DNA of 49,560 bases from Klebsormidium nitens (taxonomy: Eukaryota > Plantae > Klebsormidiophyceae), in assembly GCA_000708835.1 (NCBI GenBank), contig DF237577.1, positions 1 through 49,560 of the forward strand, written 5' to 3'. The notes below the pieces were generated by a model. The model was not told the DNA's origin, did not search any database, and worked only from the letters and a program-made list of their open reading frames with translations. Position numbers and translations under genes: made by a program. This document shows positions 21,328 to 33,188 of this stretch, one piece after another (position 1 is the first letter of the stretch; each line of letters opens with the position of its first letter).

Positions 21328-21720
21328 TCAGGACTTGAGCTCGAGGCGCATCTCCTCGAAGTCGCTGTCGGTCGTGAAGTCGGAGATGTTCTCGAACCCG
21401 TCACCCTTCATGCGTTTGAGGGTCAACAGGATGTAGAGCTTATTTCACGGATGGAGGAGAAGCCTGGGCTCGGCTTGACCTCGGGGGCGCTCTTTTCGTT
21501 GTCTAGGTGGTCACGTGGCATATGATTTGGAATCTGGACGGACCGAGAAGCGAGACCTAGAGTGTGATCGCCTGGATTGCTGCCGGGATGGAGATGGGTC
21601 TCGGAAAGAGCGCCGCATCCTATGAGGGTTTGCAAGGCCGCTGACATCAAAAGAGGGGCTTGCCGCGATGGTACCTTGGGGGCAGGAACCCTTCGTCCGA
21701 TCTTTACATCTTGGAAGCAT
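21328..21720 (-). pseudogene. Truncated NCLDV conserved protein (DUF5767-like)
   Basis: FDVSGLANPHRM ... KPSPGFSSIRE / LYILLTLKRMKGDGFENISDFTTDSDFEEMRLELKS* (cf. P..GY.SI.DEK..LL.KL.RL..KG...Y...S...EM..E). The expected C-terminal half is absent. Confidence 0.6.
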
Positions 21721-22060
21721 AGGATCGCTGCCTAGGGGGTGGTGAACGTGGGGCAGCCTTTGGGGTACTTGGGCATTTCTTTAAAAGCTTCTTGCCGGGG
21801 GCTTGAGGTCGAGCTGTATCACCCCTTCGCCCGTCTGGCGTTTGGGCAGTGTTTGCCTCGGTGGTCACTGCAGATTGCAGGTTCTCGCCCTTGGGGACTT
21901 TTGGCCCCTCTTGTTAATGCCATCAGACTGCTCCGGGATTACCACGAGTTTGTGTGCCGTCTCATCCATGGTATACGGGTGCAAATGAAATATAACGGGC
22001 ATCGTCGCGTGCTTTCGTTTGCTCCCCTAGAAACTTCCAGGACAGGACAGCATTGACAGC

Positions 22061-22600
22061 ATGGCACCCAGAGCCGCATCGAGGAGGCCACAGAGGCCTG
22101 AGACCACGGAGGCGACCAATGCGGCCATCGCAACTACTGCCGTCGTACAGACAAGTGACTCCGTTGCACCGGTTCCAAAGGTGGAGAATACGTCGAATGA
22201 ATCAGGGGCCGAGATCCTCAAGGCTGTTGCCAAATTGCAGAGGTCCGTGAACAAGACCCAGCGTGCAATGCAATTACTGCAGGCTCACGGGGTGATCAGA
22301 CTGCTCCGGTGCAGAAAGCAACGCGTGACCCAAGTGGCTTTGCTCGGCCGAGTCGCATCTCCCCTGAACTGAGCAGCTTTTTAGGCGTGCCTCCAGCATC
22401 CAGGTTGGCCCGGACCCAGGTGACTAAATTGCTGACGGAATATATTATGAAGCGTGACTTGCAGTGTGAGGACAACAAGCATAATATCAAGCTCGACGAC
22501 AGTTGAAGCAGCTCCTAAACGTCCCCGAATCCTGCCTGCCTCAACCTGACAGCTACTTCCAAGTCGCTGACAATTTCTTCTGGCCGACTTCCTCCAGCAA
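22061..22600 (+). pseudogene. SWIB/MDM2-domain protein, NCLDV type
   Basis: RDPSGFARPSRISPELSSFLG...ARTQVTKLLTEYIMKRDLQCEDNKHNIKLDDS/LKQLLN...YFQ. Frameshifts at ~22280 and 22503; intronless. Confidence 0.85.
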
Positions 22601-22835
22601 CACTTTCTTCATATGTATACTCCTCTACTGTTTGATGGACCCTCTCCAATTCCAATGTCTGCGTTCAAAATACACGGATTACGAGTCCCCAAGTGGCTCA
22701 TTGTACATACATCTTCGACAACTACGTTACAAGGAAATGTTATCGTCTGAAGCTGGCCATACTATCATTGGACGTAGTTCATTCTCTTCCAGTAGTGACG
22801 TACTTGGGACGCTGATGACGTAAGCATACATGTGA

Positions 22836-25095
22836 TCATGCCTTGATGATGTCACTCTTCTTCATCAAAAGGGTGGCGGCAGTCTTGGGGTTTGGGACGA
22901 CAAGCACTGGGACGGGGCAGTGGCTCACGAGGTAACTGCTCACACTGCCCAAGAACAGACTGCAGAAATCGTCGGACAAATGTTTGTGCAAGTCACGGAA
23001 AATTGACGTTGAGACTCTCCTGAGATTCTTTCAAGACTTGTTTGAATCCACCTCAAGCTCGACTATCATATGATCTGACCCGCTTTTCATACTTGCTCGA
23101 CCTTTGTGGGACACCCAAGATTTTTGAACATTGGGTTTCCTCAGGTCTTTGGTGGACAGTTGACAGCAGAAGAAAACACATGAAAGATTGCCTCACCCTC
23201 GTTTTTGAGCTTATCAGGCACAATGTGAAAGAAGCTGTTTCAGGGAGGGCCCCAACGAAAAAGAGCTTCATCCTTGCTTCTGTCAACACGTTGAGAGCTG
23301 GTCAGCACTGATCGAGTCCTTGAATTGTGCGAGAGTGTTCCGAAGTGTTCGAAGTGCCAAAGTCAAACGTTGTTTCTCTTGAGCCCTGGCCACAATATCA
23401 AGGCATTCGAGATGTGCAGGATCTGCCAAAGCGTCCAGGATCTGCAGAATCTGCATTCATAATTCGAGATGGAGAAAAGGTAAAGTTGCGTGCATTCAAA
23501 AGGACGGAATCACAGCTGCCATGTCCTGGAAAGAAGCAGCAAAACACAACTCAGATTGTTCTGCGTTGCGTCTCTTCCCCTTGCGTCTCTTCCCCTCGTG
23601 AAAATCGTGTTGTAAATGCCATTGACACAATAGCTTTCAAAGCGGTTACTTTACAGAGGAGAGGATATTGATTGAGCATCAACCTTTGGGGGGGAACAAC
23701 AAGTATCGAGAGAAGCATGTTCAAGTAAGAATACCAGGGAAGGGTCTTGGAAGTGTGAACTTCATCCATCCATAAGGAAGCGCCCACCTTTTGAACTTGC
23801 CCTGTCCACGCGTCCCGACCACCACCATGTCCACAGGGTGCTGCATGACGTAGTCGAGGATCAGCTGCCGGGGATCTCCGGGAAGAGCCACCAATTCAGC
23901 ATCTACCTGTGAAAAAGGCCAGAGCAATCATTACACACCAATGTGGGCCAATCAAGACCCAGTTTGCAAAAGCAACTCTGCAGAAGATCCTTGCTGGAAT
24001 TCCGCTCCTGCCTACTAGAGAGATTGGTGGCTGGTCTGTCCACATTACAGGAGGGGGACTGATCCAAGCAACGTTCTCATGCTGAAGGGTTGAAGGACCA
24101 ACTGCACAGGATGAGCCGGCTTCTCAGACGACCTTGAAATCGCGACAAGATTAACAGGTTTCTGTTTCTGTGGCCATTGCGTGTTGCTTACAGACGCGTT
24201 GCTTTCTTCAACCAGCAGAGACTCTTAATGCTTGGAATTCATTGCATACAAGCACTCCCTAGAAATCTAGTATGACCGGGTTGCTGCAAGTATACCAGAG
24301 CGCAACCTGCTCTCACTACACTTCTCTTACAACAGGGCAAGGAAGTGAGAGACTTTTGCAATGTGACACTTGGCTTCTTACCTGGATCCCTGCCTTGATA
24401 CTCTTCAAGTTGGACAAGCATAGCTGCACAAGGCGCTCCTGGGCAGCAGCAATTTGGTCGTCTGCTATAAAACCTAGTTCCGCATCATCGTACACTGCAA
24501 ATAGAACAACAATGTACCAAAGAGGTCTGCCTGGGAGTTGGTCCACAAGCTATCATATACAAGCACAACTTTGTTGTGACATGTGGACAGGGCCTGACAC
24601 CAGTATGGAAAGAGAAGGGTGACCCTGCTGATTCTAGGTTGTTTTCTAATAATCGTATATCTACGACATTTTTTAAATGCTGGTAGAATGATCCCAGAAA
24701 TGTCACAGGTCCCCTTCAGATCCTGACTTTGGCGCAAGACTTTTGGAAAACAAAAAGCATGGAGGCTTTGCCATAGAGCCTACGGTTGTTGAGTTCCTGA
24801 GAAGCCTAGCTTTCGTTTTACCCCTCAAATCAAAGGTTCATAGAAGACACATGAAGTAAGTCACCAATCTTAGGTATGACATCACCACTGTTTTGAGAAT
24901 TTCGGACTTACTGTCAACAGCCCTTGTCGCCTGAAAGAGAATGAGCTTGTCGCCATTTTCCGGCTTGACCAACTCATCCAGCACGAACTGCAGCGCCAAG
25001 GCGGAATTATCCGAGTTGTCCAAAGCGCAGAGCACACGCTTTCCAGTGGTAGCCTTCAGTTGCTCTTTAGCTTGCGCAACCTCGGTAGCAGCCAT
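22836..25095 (-). CDS. Universal stress protein A (USP) family, intact 4-exon host gene, 179 aa
   Basis: Exons 25095-24912, 24494-24382, 23906-23788, 22959-22836 with GT-AG introns and consistent phases (540 nt). RVLCALDNS, GDPRQLI, DMVVVGTRGQG, LFLGSVSSYLVSHCPVPVLVV. Confidence 0.93.
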
Positions 25096-27772
25096 GGCCT
25101 GAATGTTAAGGCTGCTGACATAAACGACGATTGCAAAGATGTTGAATGTTGAACTTAGCAGATTGTGCGCATAGAGCTGTGCCCTACTTGGAATGTTTAC
25201 GCGTGATTATCGTGGTTACCGTGGTTACCGCTTCAATCCTAGCGGCTTCTAAAAAGTATAATTTTGTATCATATAACGCTGATAAATAAATGACATAGAA
25301 ACTATGTTAAAAGATTATATTTCAGGTCGAAAAGGGAGCGCTGTCGATTGTTCGCGTCGGAAGTTAGAAAAAGCACTCACGAATATTTGGTCTTATGTTG
25401 GATCACTTAACGACAATTCTGGAAGAAATAACAGAAATGTATGCGCTAACTCTGGTCCTGAAGGGACTATCAAGCCAACTGCCGGGAATATCATTTCGGC
25501 TAGAAGTAAAGCAACTCAAAAAGGGCAGTGGTGTGGAATATGCAGATTTCGCGCGAAGTCGTGTCGTGAATAAGGTGTAGATTGGGTGACATTTTGGTTG
25601 ATAACCCCTGTGAAAAGGCGGTAACCGCCTGCCACCAACCCGACTTACCAATTTTATCGAAACTGGAGCTTTTCTCACTTTCGCAGCAATACCCTTTCAC
25701 TTTTTCCCGAAAGATCCTGCATTGTGCGAATTGACAGTGGCGGTACGGTCGGTATTAGGTACGGTATTTGATTAAGCGTCAGATTCGGCAGCAATTCGGA
25801 GATTCGCCACGTGGCTCGGCCAAAGATTCTGTTTCGTTTGCTGGCCCCGGAATTCGAAAGCCGCGATAGGCCGAGAGCAAACGACACATGGTGCGACGAT
25901 TCGATTTCTCTGACTCCACAGGAGGCGCACGATTGGTCGCAAGGGGAAATGACTCATGGAGAGACTGCGATTGGTCGGCATCCGAATGGACCCATGGGTC
26001 AAATATTGTTTGAACTTTGTTCTGGGCCTAACAACTGGTAGGCAATCTCAAAAGATTGCTACGATCTCATGGACACACGAAGACCGTCGACCTAGATCCT
26101 TTCAGATTCTTTCAGGGAGCGGATCAGGCCGAAGTTGCCTCCGTGTCTCTCGCTGTGCTCAACCCTCTTTCTGATCCCCGATTTCTTACTTAAGATCCCA
26201 AGACTGTGTTAAATCGTAATCAACCGTCTCGGAACATCCTCGATTAAGCAACGCTCACTGAAGCCAGAGGGCGTTCGTACTCCGTAATTACATTCTTCTC
26301 CTTCTACTATGCTGTTTGAAAAGCCCGGAATCATTGTTCTTTGCTTGGAAGCTCATGTGACTACTACAGCAGAAGAATCTGCCAGGACTTGATTGCGATC
26401 GAATTTTCTTTCGAACTTTACGTTAAGCTTACAGCCTGGCGCAGTCAACTTCCAATGCCACGGGATTATCAGAAGAGAGGAAAGGAAAGATCCATTCCTA
26501 CACCCAGGTGCGCCTACACTTGGTCTGCTGCAGTGGTCCTATACCTGGGGCGGAACCACCGTTCTCTTCGACCCACAAAAATCTGAAGGTGAGGCCACAA
26601 TGCGACAGACCTTCTTTGATTCTGATTTCATGTGATGCTTTAGGTGGCCCCAGAAGGCAAAGCCTGCGTTGGATGTATTCACAGCAGGCTTCTACTTTGT
26701 ACACTATCTTGTCACAGCGTTGAGGAAATGAGATGCAAAACAATGGGCCCTTGCTCTCATCTGACCACTCGTTAGAATGTGGTCTCTGCTTAGCAAGCGT
26801 TTTAGTATCTTGACTGCACTTCCAGATGCGTTCTCGCACACCACCCAGTCTTTCAGTGCTTCAAGAAAGAAGCGGGGCATTTCACATCAAGGCAGACCAT
26901 AAGATCAGAAAACCCCTGGATGTCGCTGTATGGGGGCAAGACAGGCGACCAGCCTCAGACCAGCACCTCAGGAACTGGAACTGTGTGCTACAGGAACAGG
27001 AAATACGGGCATCCCTAAAGTAACACATGTTGCAAAAGACCCAACAAGGTTCCCTGTTTGCAGGGATCAAAAATGATGGGCTTACTTTATTGCTCCATGT
27101 CAGGAGCTGACCTTGAAATTTCGTATCAGGGTCATCTCTTCCACCTAGCGTGATCTTCCAATGTTGCATCCCCTCATCTCTCTGTAGGCACCAGCTGCCT
27201 CTCGTGCTGCTCTTCTGGAATTGCATTGACTACTGTCCCCTCTGCGAGCTTTCTGAATCTGCAATTCACTTTGTCCGGAGCCGTCTGCGCGGTCCCCGCA
27301 CAACATGAACAGCAGGTGCAGCCCCGCAGCGACACCTGCGCTTGAGGCGGTAAAGCACGCGCGGGGCGGAGGGGACAAGAGGGTCACACCCAAGTTGCTG
27401 GAGGTTTGGTTCCAGAAGGATTGTAAGGAAAGGTTGTGTTTGTAGGAGAGCTTTCAAATTTTGCAACTTTTGTTTGCTTTGCCTGGGATTAGGAGTGCTC
27501 ATTGGAGCCAAGTGACAGTGTTGGATCTACAAATATTTGCTGTAAGTTTGCAGACCCTGCACGCAATTGCAACTTTTATGCTGGCAGCCTCTGTAAGAAA
27601 CCTTTTGCCTAGTTTCCATGCCCATCAATGTCGTTATTTCTTGGCTACTCTTATCTACCCTTTCACGCCTTTGTCTTTCAGTTGAAAATTCTTAACTGCA
27701 AACCGTCATTCGCTGCCTGGGCACTGAAGACACAGCGTTGCAGCACCTGACTTCTTTCCCTGCACCCCACAG

Positions 27773-29867
27773 AGAGAGGCGCTGTCCTCCACCCATCCAC
27801 AGGTGGGGCGACGCACCGCTGCAGGTCCCCCGGCTGCATCCGGTGGACATCATATGGGTTTATCACCAAAAAGGTGGGCGCGCGCTGGTGCCATGCCCAC
27901 GCCACGGACGGCATGGAAGACCTGCGCATCCTGAAGTGCTCCAGTGTCGCCCGAGGGGGAGGGCCCTGCCGTGCCCAGCCGTCACATGGCTTTGAGGGGG
28001 ACAAGCGCCCCATGCGGTGTCGGAAGCACGCAGAGGATGGCATGGAGAACGTCAGGATGCCAGGGTACGCTGCCAGGGGATCCCCTTGTTTTTTCCTGGG
28101 GAGTGAAGGCAGCCGGTAGGGCCGTCAGGACGGGGTCTGCTTTGCTGCATGATTGATTGCTCTAGTCTACACAGGTCTGGCCCAGGTTTGCATTCTCGCA
28201 GTGCTGTTTCACATCCGCGCTGCAGATTGCGTACTTTACCAAGTGGCAAGGCACTGATCTTTCCCACCCTTTTCTTTCAGGTGCCAACATCAAGGCTGCA
28301 AGCGACAGCCGCTGTACAGGGAGCCGGGCCTGGACAAGAAGCCGACCCGCTGCCGCAATCACGCTCTCCCCAGTATGAAGGATCTCGGGGGGGCCATGTG
28401 CTGGGGGGGCGACGGCTCCTGCACCAAGCGCCCCTCGTATGGTTTCCGGAAGAATACCCGGCCGATGCGCTGCGGCTCACACAAGGAGCTGGGCATGGAG
28501 GACCTCATCAGCACGAGGTGAGGGGCTGGAACGGGTTCTTTGGCAACAGAAGAGTAAGAATGTAGTTCTGGCGTGGAACAATACCTGCTTGTGGTGGTGC
28601 TGGCAGCTGGTGTGTTGTGTCTTGAAGGCTTCGATGCTGAACTTCTCAATTGAATGTTTTGCACGATTGCTCGAGCTCCCTTGGGGCAGGCCCTGGAGTT
28701 GTCGAGGTGCAAGGACTTAAAGTTATGTTCCTTGCTTCTTAATTTACCCTTGTCCCAGGATCCACTTCCCAAAAAGACGTTCTTAGTACCTCTACATTCC
28801 TACACGCGGTTTGCCCATTTGCACCCTTTCTGAATTCTCTTCTACCTCCCTCGCAGGTGCAACTTCCAGGGCTGTCGGACAATCGCCTCGTACGGCGTCC
28901 GAGCCCCCAACAGCCATGTGATCCGGCGGATGCGCTGTAAGGCGCACTGCACCCTTGAGATGACGTGCGGGACCAAAGGCCCCGCATGCACGGCCCCGGG
29001 GGGGTGCCAGACGCGCCCCTCCTATGGCTTGCCCGACAAGTTTGACGGGGAGCACCACCCCTTCCCCAAGCGTTGCAAGAAGCACTCGCTGCAGGGGATG
29101 GAGTACACCAGATTGGCGGCGCGGGCCAAGAAAAAGCGTGCTCTCGAGATGGCGAAGCAGGTGAGGGTCAGAGCTGTGGCTTTTCTTGGCCACGAGCGTC
29201 GCTGGAATGATGCTAGCAAAGCCGTAAACTTAAAGCAACTCCGTGAACGGGCTTTGTAATGACACCGATGTCGAACCTGCTTTTCTCTGCCAATCTCCAA
29301 GGAGTTAAGCCTCACAGGACTCTCCCTGGGGCTCAGACAGACTTGCTCTTAGTCCGAGCTGCGATTTTCTACAATTCTACACCTGCTCTTGACCGACCTA
29401 GATTCCTTGCGATATTTGCTGACCAACAACCTCTTTCACATCAGGAGCCCGCTTCAGTCGTGTCTCGACCACCGATCACCGCCCGCAGTGCGGCCAAGCC
29501 GCTCTCACTGGCTCCCACCCCGCGGCTTCGCTCCACCCTTAAGTGCGCCATGGCCACAGCCCCAATCGTCGAGCCCAACGAAGACGAGGACTTGGACGAG
29601 GACTTGGACGCCAATGAAGCGCAAGCCGAAGACCTGACCCGGACGTGGCCCCGCGAGAGCTGCATGCAGGGCTCCCCCGAGGAGCAGATCGCGGTGGTGC
29701 AGCAAAGGGAGCAGAAGGCCTTCGAGAACTTGGGCGATCTGGTGACGCTGCAGGAGCTGGAGGAGATTGAGGACCAGAAGAACGATCAGATGTGGGGCCG
29801 CGACGGGCCGAGCTCGTCGGAGCTGGCGGGCATGTCCGAGTTTGATAGGGACTTCTCCTCCAGCTGG
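27773..29867 (+). CDS. Intron-containing EsV-1-7 cysteine-rich repeat protein; last exon cut at the inversion breakpoint
   Basis: Phase-consistent exons 27773-28064, 28281-28517, 28857-29160, 29445-(29867). Six C...GC...(P/S)YG...RC..H...GM repeats. 5' exons (probably within 26.1-27.4 kb) not resolved. Confidence 0.75.
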
Positions 29868-31197
29868 GGCCGCGTCGTTATGATGCCGCCCTCGTCCACG
29901 TTCAGCTCGTCCTTGATGGTGCGACAGAGGTGAAGAGGCCGTGAAGGGGATTCTCGGAGGTTCCTAGGTCGCCCGTGCACGACAGGCTGTTGCTCCCGAG
30001 GTCCAGGTCCCCAGAAAGGGTCAGGTCTCCGGTAAGCGTCATGTCCCCCGAAAAGGTGGCTCCTGCAGCGCTCAAGTCTCCGGTGAGCTCTGCACCGTCG
30101 GCGTAGAGCGTCCTCCACGTGTTCGAACTGGATCCCAGATCAAAGTTTCCATTGCTGCCCGGTTCTACGTGTGATGAAAAAGAAGCATTGCTAGCCACAT
30201 TCAGGGACGTTGCAAACACACTGCCCAAGCGGGCGCCGGATGAGCCGAGGTCACCTGTGCTTGCGACCGAGTTACTTCCGAGGTCGAGTCTTCCCCCAAT
30301 CGTGGCACCGCCCGAGGTTGTCAGCTGTCCCAGCCGCCCACTGCGGACATAGAGGGTCTCCCATAAATTCGAAGCCGCACCCAGATCATTTGAGCCAGCA
30401 GGCACTAGAGACATGTCAAAGGGCACGATCCCCGAATCTCGATTCAGGATGGAGAACCCACCGTCTTCATTCCCAATCAGTCTGACAATATTGCTCCCAG
30501 CCTCCAGTCCGACGTCACCACCTCGGACCAGCCATAGGCCCCCATTCGAGTGTTGCCAAGTGAACGAGATGGCGTCCGGGCTACTCGAATAATCATCACC
30601 CATGACGTGAATGCCGGCGCCATCAGCATTCGAATCGGAGGGCGCATCGGAATGGGCTAAAGTTATAGTTCGGTCCTCCACCAGAAGGTCCGTGCTACTT
30701 ATGTAATTGATGGGTCCATTCACATCCAGTTTGCCATTGATCCTCACATTGCTATCAAACAGTGCATCCCCGCTGGCAACATGCAATGCAGCAAGCGGAT
30801 CAGACGCCCCAATGCCAATCGTATCACTCGTCAGAGTGCTGGAATAGATCGCCTCCCATGGAGCTTCTGAACTCCCGAGATCGAAGCTTCCCACAGGTAC
30901 CACATTTGTTGCAAAGAAACCGACGCTATAGGTGCCGAGTTCTATATCCGAAGCGGACGCACTCGTTGCCAAACGCTTCAATGGCGCCCCTCCCTGGTAG
31001 AGGGTCGTCGCATATACACCCTTGTATTGCAGATTGGATGAGCCTAGACTGATGCTGTTATTAGTTGCGGGTAACAGATTCGAACTGGGAGCGGCACTTC
31101 CACCACTGGTTTCGAGGGGCACGGTGCCCTTGTAAAATTCATTCGCATATACCTTCCCAAAGCGGACGGTACCCGAGTAAGACTTTGCCGTGTACAT
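29868..31197 (-). pseudogene. Virus-type fibre/tail-like repeat protein, 3'-truncated
   Basis: 431-aa intronless ORF with repeated (L/V).P....DLGSS...W..LY motifs and VEDRTITLA...ADGAGI. A 1-bp shift at ~29925 extends it (TIKDELNVDEGGIITT) to the breakpoint at 29868. Confidence 0.7.
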
Positions 31198-31952
31198 GAC
31201 ACACGCCTATCATGATGGAAGAAAAGAGACATGAGGCGCAACATGAATGATATGAACTGTCAGGCTTTAGATCTATTTTGGAGCCACGTTTCTGTTTCCT
31301 GTGAGCTGCAGCACCACTGGTTACGAGCTTTCAAATGGACAAGGCAACTGCAACTTTGTGCAAAGACTTGCAGCCTCGTTCCCTGCAGGACCAAGCGTAT
31401 CAGAACATTCAGCAGGTGCACTGTCGATGCCAGGACTTGAGTGCTCTGGTAAAGTCACAAAGCACCCATCCCTGATGCTGCTACACTGGTTGAGGTTGCA
31501 TTTTTCTCGGTTGCAAGAAACCACACGAGTTTCGGAGGGCCTGTGCAGACAAGGTGCAAGGGCCTATGATTATTGCTTATTACATGTACGACAGATAGGA
31601 GAGGCCCCGAAGATGAGGATTGATCTCAAAGGAAAGCTGGGGCTTCTCGAATGGCGCGTGTCCTAGAATTCGGACACGCCTTACCCCGTTTCCTTCGCGC
31701 GTGGTGGCCGCTCAGCAAGCTTTCCCACGTGCGGCGTACTTTTCGGTCAGGTGGGCAGTCCCTCTCATCCAAAGTACACAAGTCCCAACTCTCTCCACAC
31801 CTGTCACTTGTAACATTGAAAGTTGAAGCTTTATAATAGAAATTCGCCGCTGTTAGACAACAAAACAAGAAAAAGGCACCACAATGGCCTAGATCGGCTT
31901 GACGTAGGCGCAGCTGACCCTCTACGTCCAGCGAACTAAAGTCGAGCAGCAG

Positions 31953-32663
31953 GTGCGAGGGCATGTCTTCAATGAGCTGCAAAGGAAGGCAACAGCACAC
32001 GCAGAGAGCGGCATAGTCAAGGTCCTGCTAGTTGACCCTTATCCAAAGTCCCACAAGCTGCTAGATGCAACTGTAGCCCAGGATACAGATGAGGGGGTTG
32101 AAGGCTTGCGTTTTCGTGTAGACGCAACCTTCTTGGATGAGGCACTAAGCTTGCCAGAGGCTCGTAGGACTTTTGGTGAGCTCATTATCGTCAACGACCA
32201 TGAGATACTCACCTCAGTAGAAGGGAAACTGGCTACTTCATGGCGACCTGGCAGATTGCAGACCCAGACAATGCAGCCACCCTTCAGGCTCCAGGCTTCT
32301 CTCTGAAGTTGGGAGAGTTCAGTACTGGGACCATCCTCGGCAAGGCGATCCTCATTCAGCACAGGGTGCGCCAGGAACGGGGGCGATTGTGTGGAGATCG
32401 TAGAAGACATTGCAGTTCCAGATGACATACACTATTATTGTAAGTCGGATGCATTCAGACGAGTTTTTAGAGAGCTGAGAGAGCCAGATGAAAGCGGCTT
32501 AAAAAGGAGATAGTGCCAGGACAGGACAATTGCTCCAGAGTGCTCAGTCGGTGGCGCAGGAGGTACTTTGTAGCGCTGTGCTCAGTGTAGGTCAGTCTAT
32601 TACTGCTCAAAGGAGCATCAGGCTAGCGATTGGGGACAGCATAAGCAGTGTCGAACCATCTGA
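31953..32663 (+). pseudogene. MYND zinc-finger protein, degraded
   Basis: CSVGGAGGTL*RCAQCRSVYYCSKEHQASDWGQHKQC at 32540-32663 (in-frame TAG; one Cys replaced by Gly). Confidence 0.7.
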
Positions 32664-32792
32664 AGTATCGTGTGAACCTTGGGTTTGCCACGATTATGTT
32701 TGCATTGCAATGAGTTACAGCAGCCTGCACTTTTACCTCGCGTTAATTCACGGGTGTTCATCTTTCATTCGACCCTGGGTACCCATTCTTGA

Positions 32793-33188
32793 TTGCGTAC
32801 ATTCCAAGTACATCATCTGAGGGTTCCGTGGAGCAGTCTAGTGTTGCAATATCACACGGATGACATGGAGCTAGTGGTTCCCAACATTGGGAGTGGGCAC
32901 CTGAGGGTTCTGTATGAGGAATTATTTGGCAATGAACGAAAGCTGATGTGGTGGTCCATTCCGCGGTCTTTGACGCCTGCAGCAAGTGCTCCCCATCCCC
33001 AGTCAGAGACTAGAGGTATCAGATGTGACGCCAGAGCAGACCTCCATGTTTCAGAAAACTTGTGCAAAGTGTGGGTCCACTGCAAGAACAATGTGCTCCA
33101 ATGCGAGCTCTGTAGATATTGCAGTGCAGATTGCCAAAGGGCGGACTGGGTTAGACACAAGGAGTGCTGTAAGTTGCATAGGAGGTAG
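32793..33188 (+). pseudogene. MYND zinc-finger protein, frameshifted
   Basis: TCAKCGSTARTMCS / CRYCSADCQRADWVRHKECC across a frameshift. Confidence 0.7.

Larger units (their letters stand above)
1..22600. mobile_element. Endogenous giant-virus (NCLDV-like) derived region, decayed and interleaved with host fragments
   Basis: Tightly packed intronless ORFs with motifs typical of NCLDV families (P9-like minor capsid, Bro-N, MSV199, SWIB, DUF5767-like, Methyltransf_24-like). Many are broken by 1-bp indels or stops. No major capsid protein, polB or packaging ATPase is recognisable in this window. Boundaries approximate. Confidence 0.8.

Noticed and set aside
22960-23787. ORF-like segments (23042..23311, 23327..23671 and others) suggesting a nested gene
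   Set aside because: They lie in USP intron 3, have no recognisable motif, and no frame is consistent.
30119-31052. Plus-strand ORFs over the fibre gene
   Set aside because: Antisense shadows.
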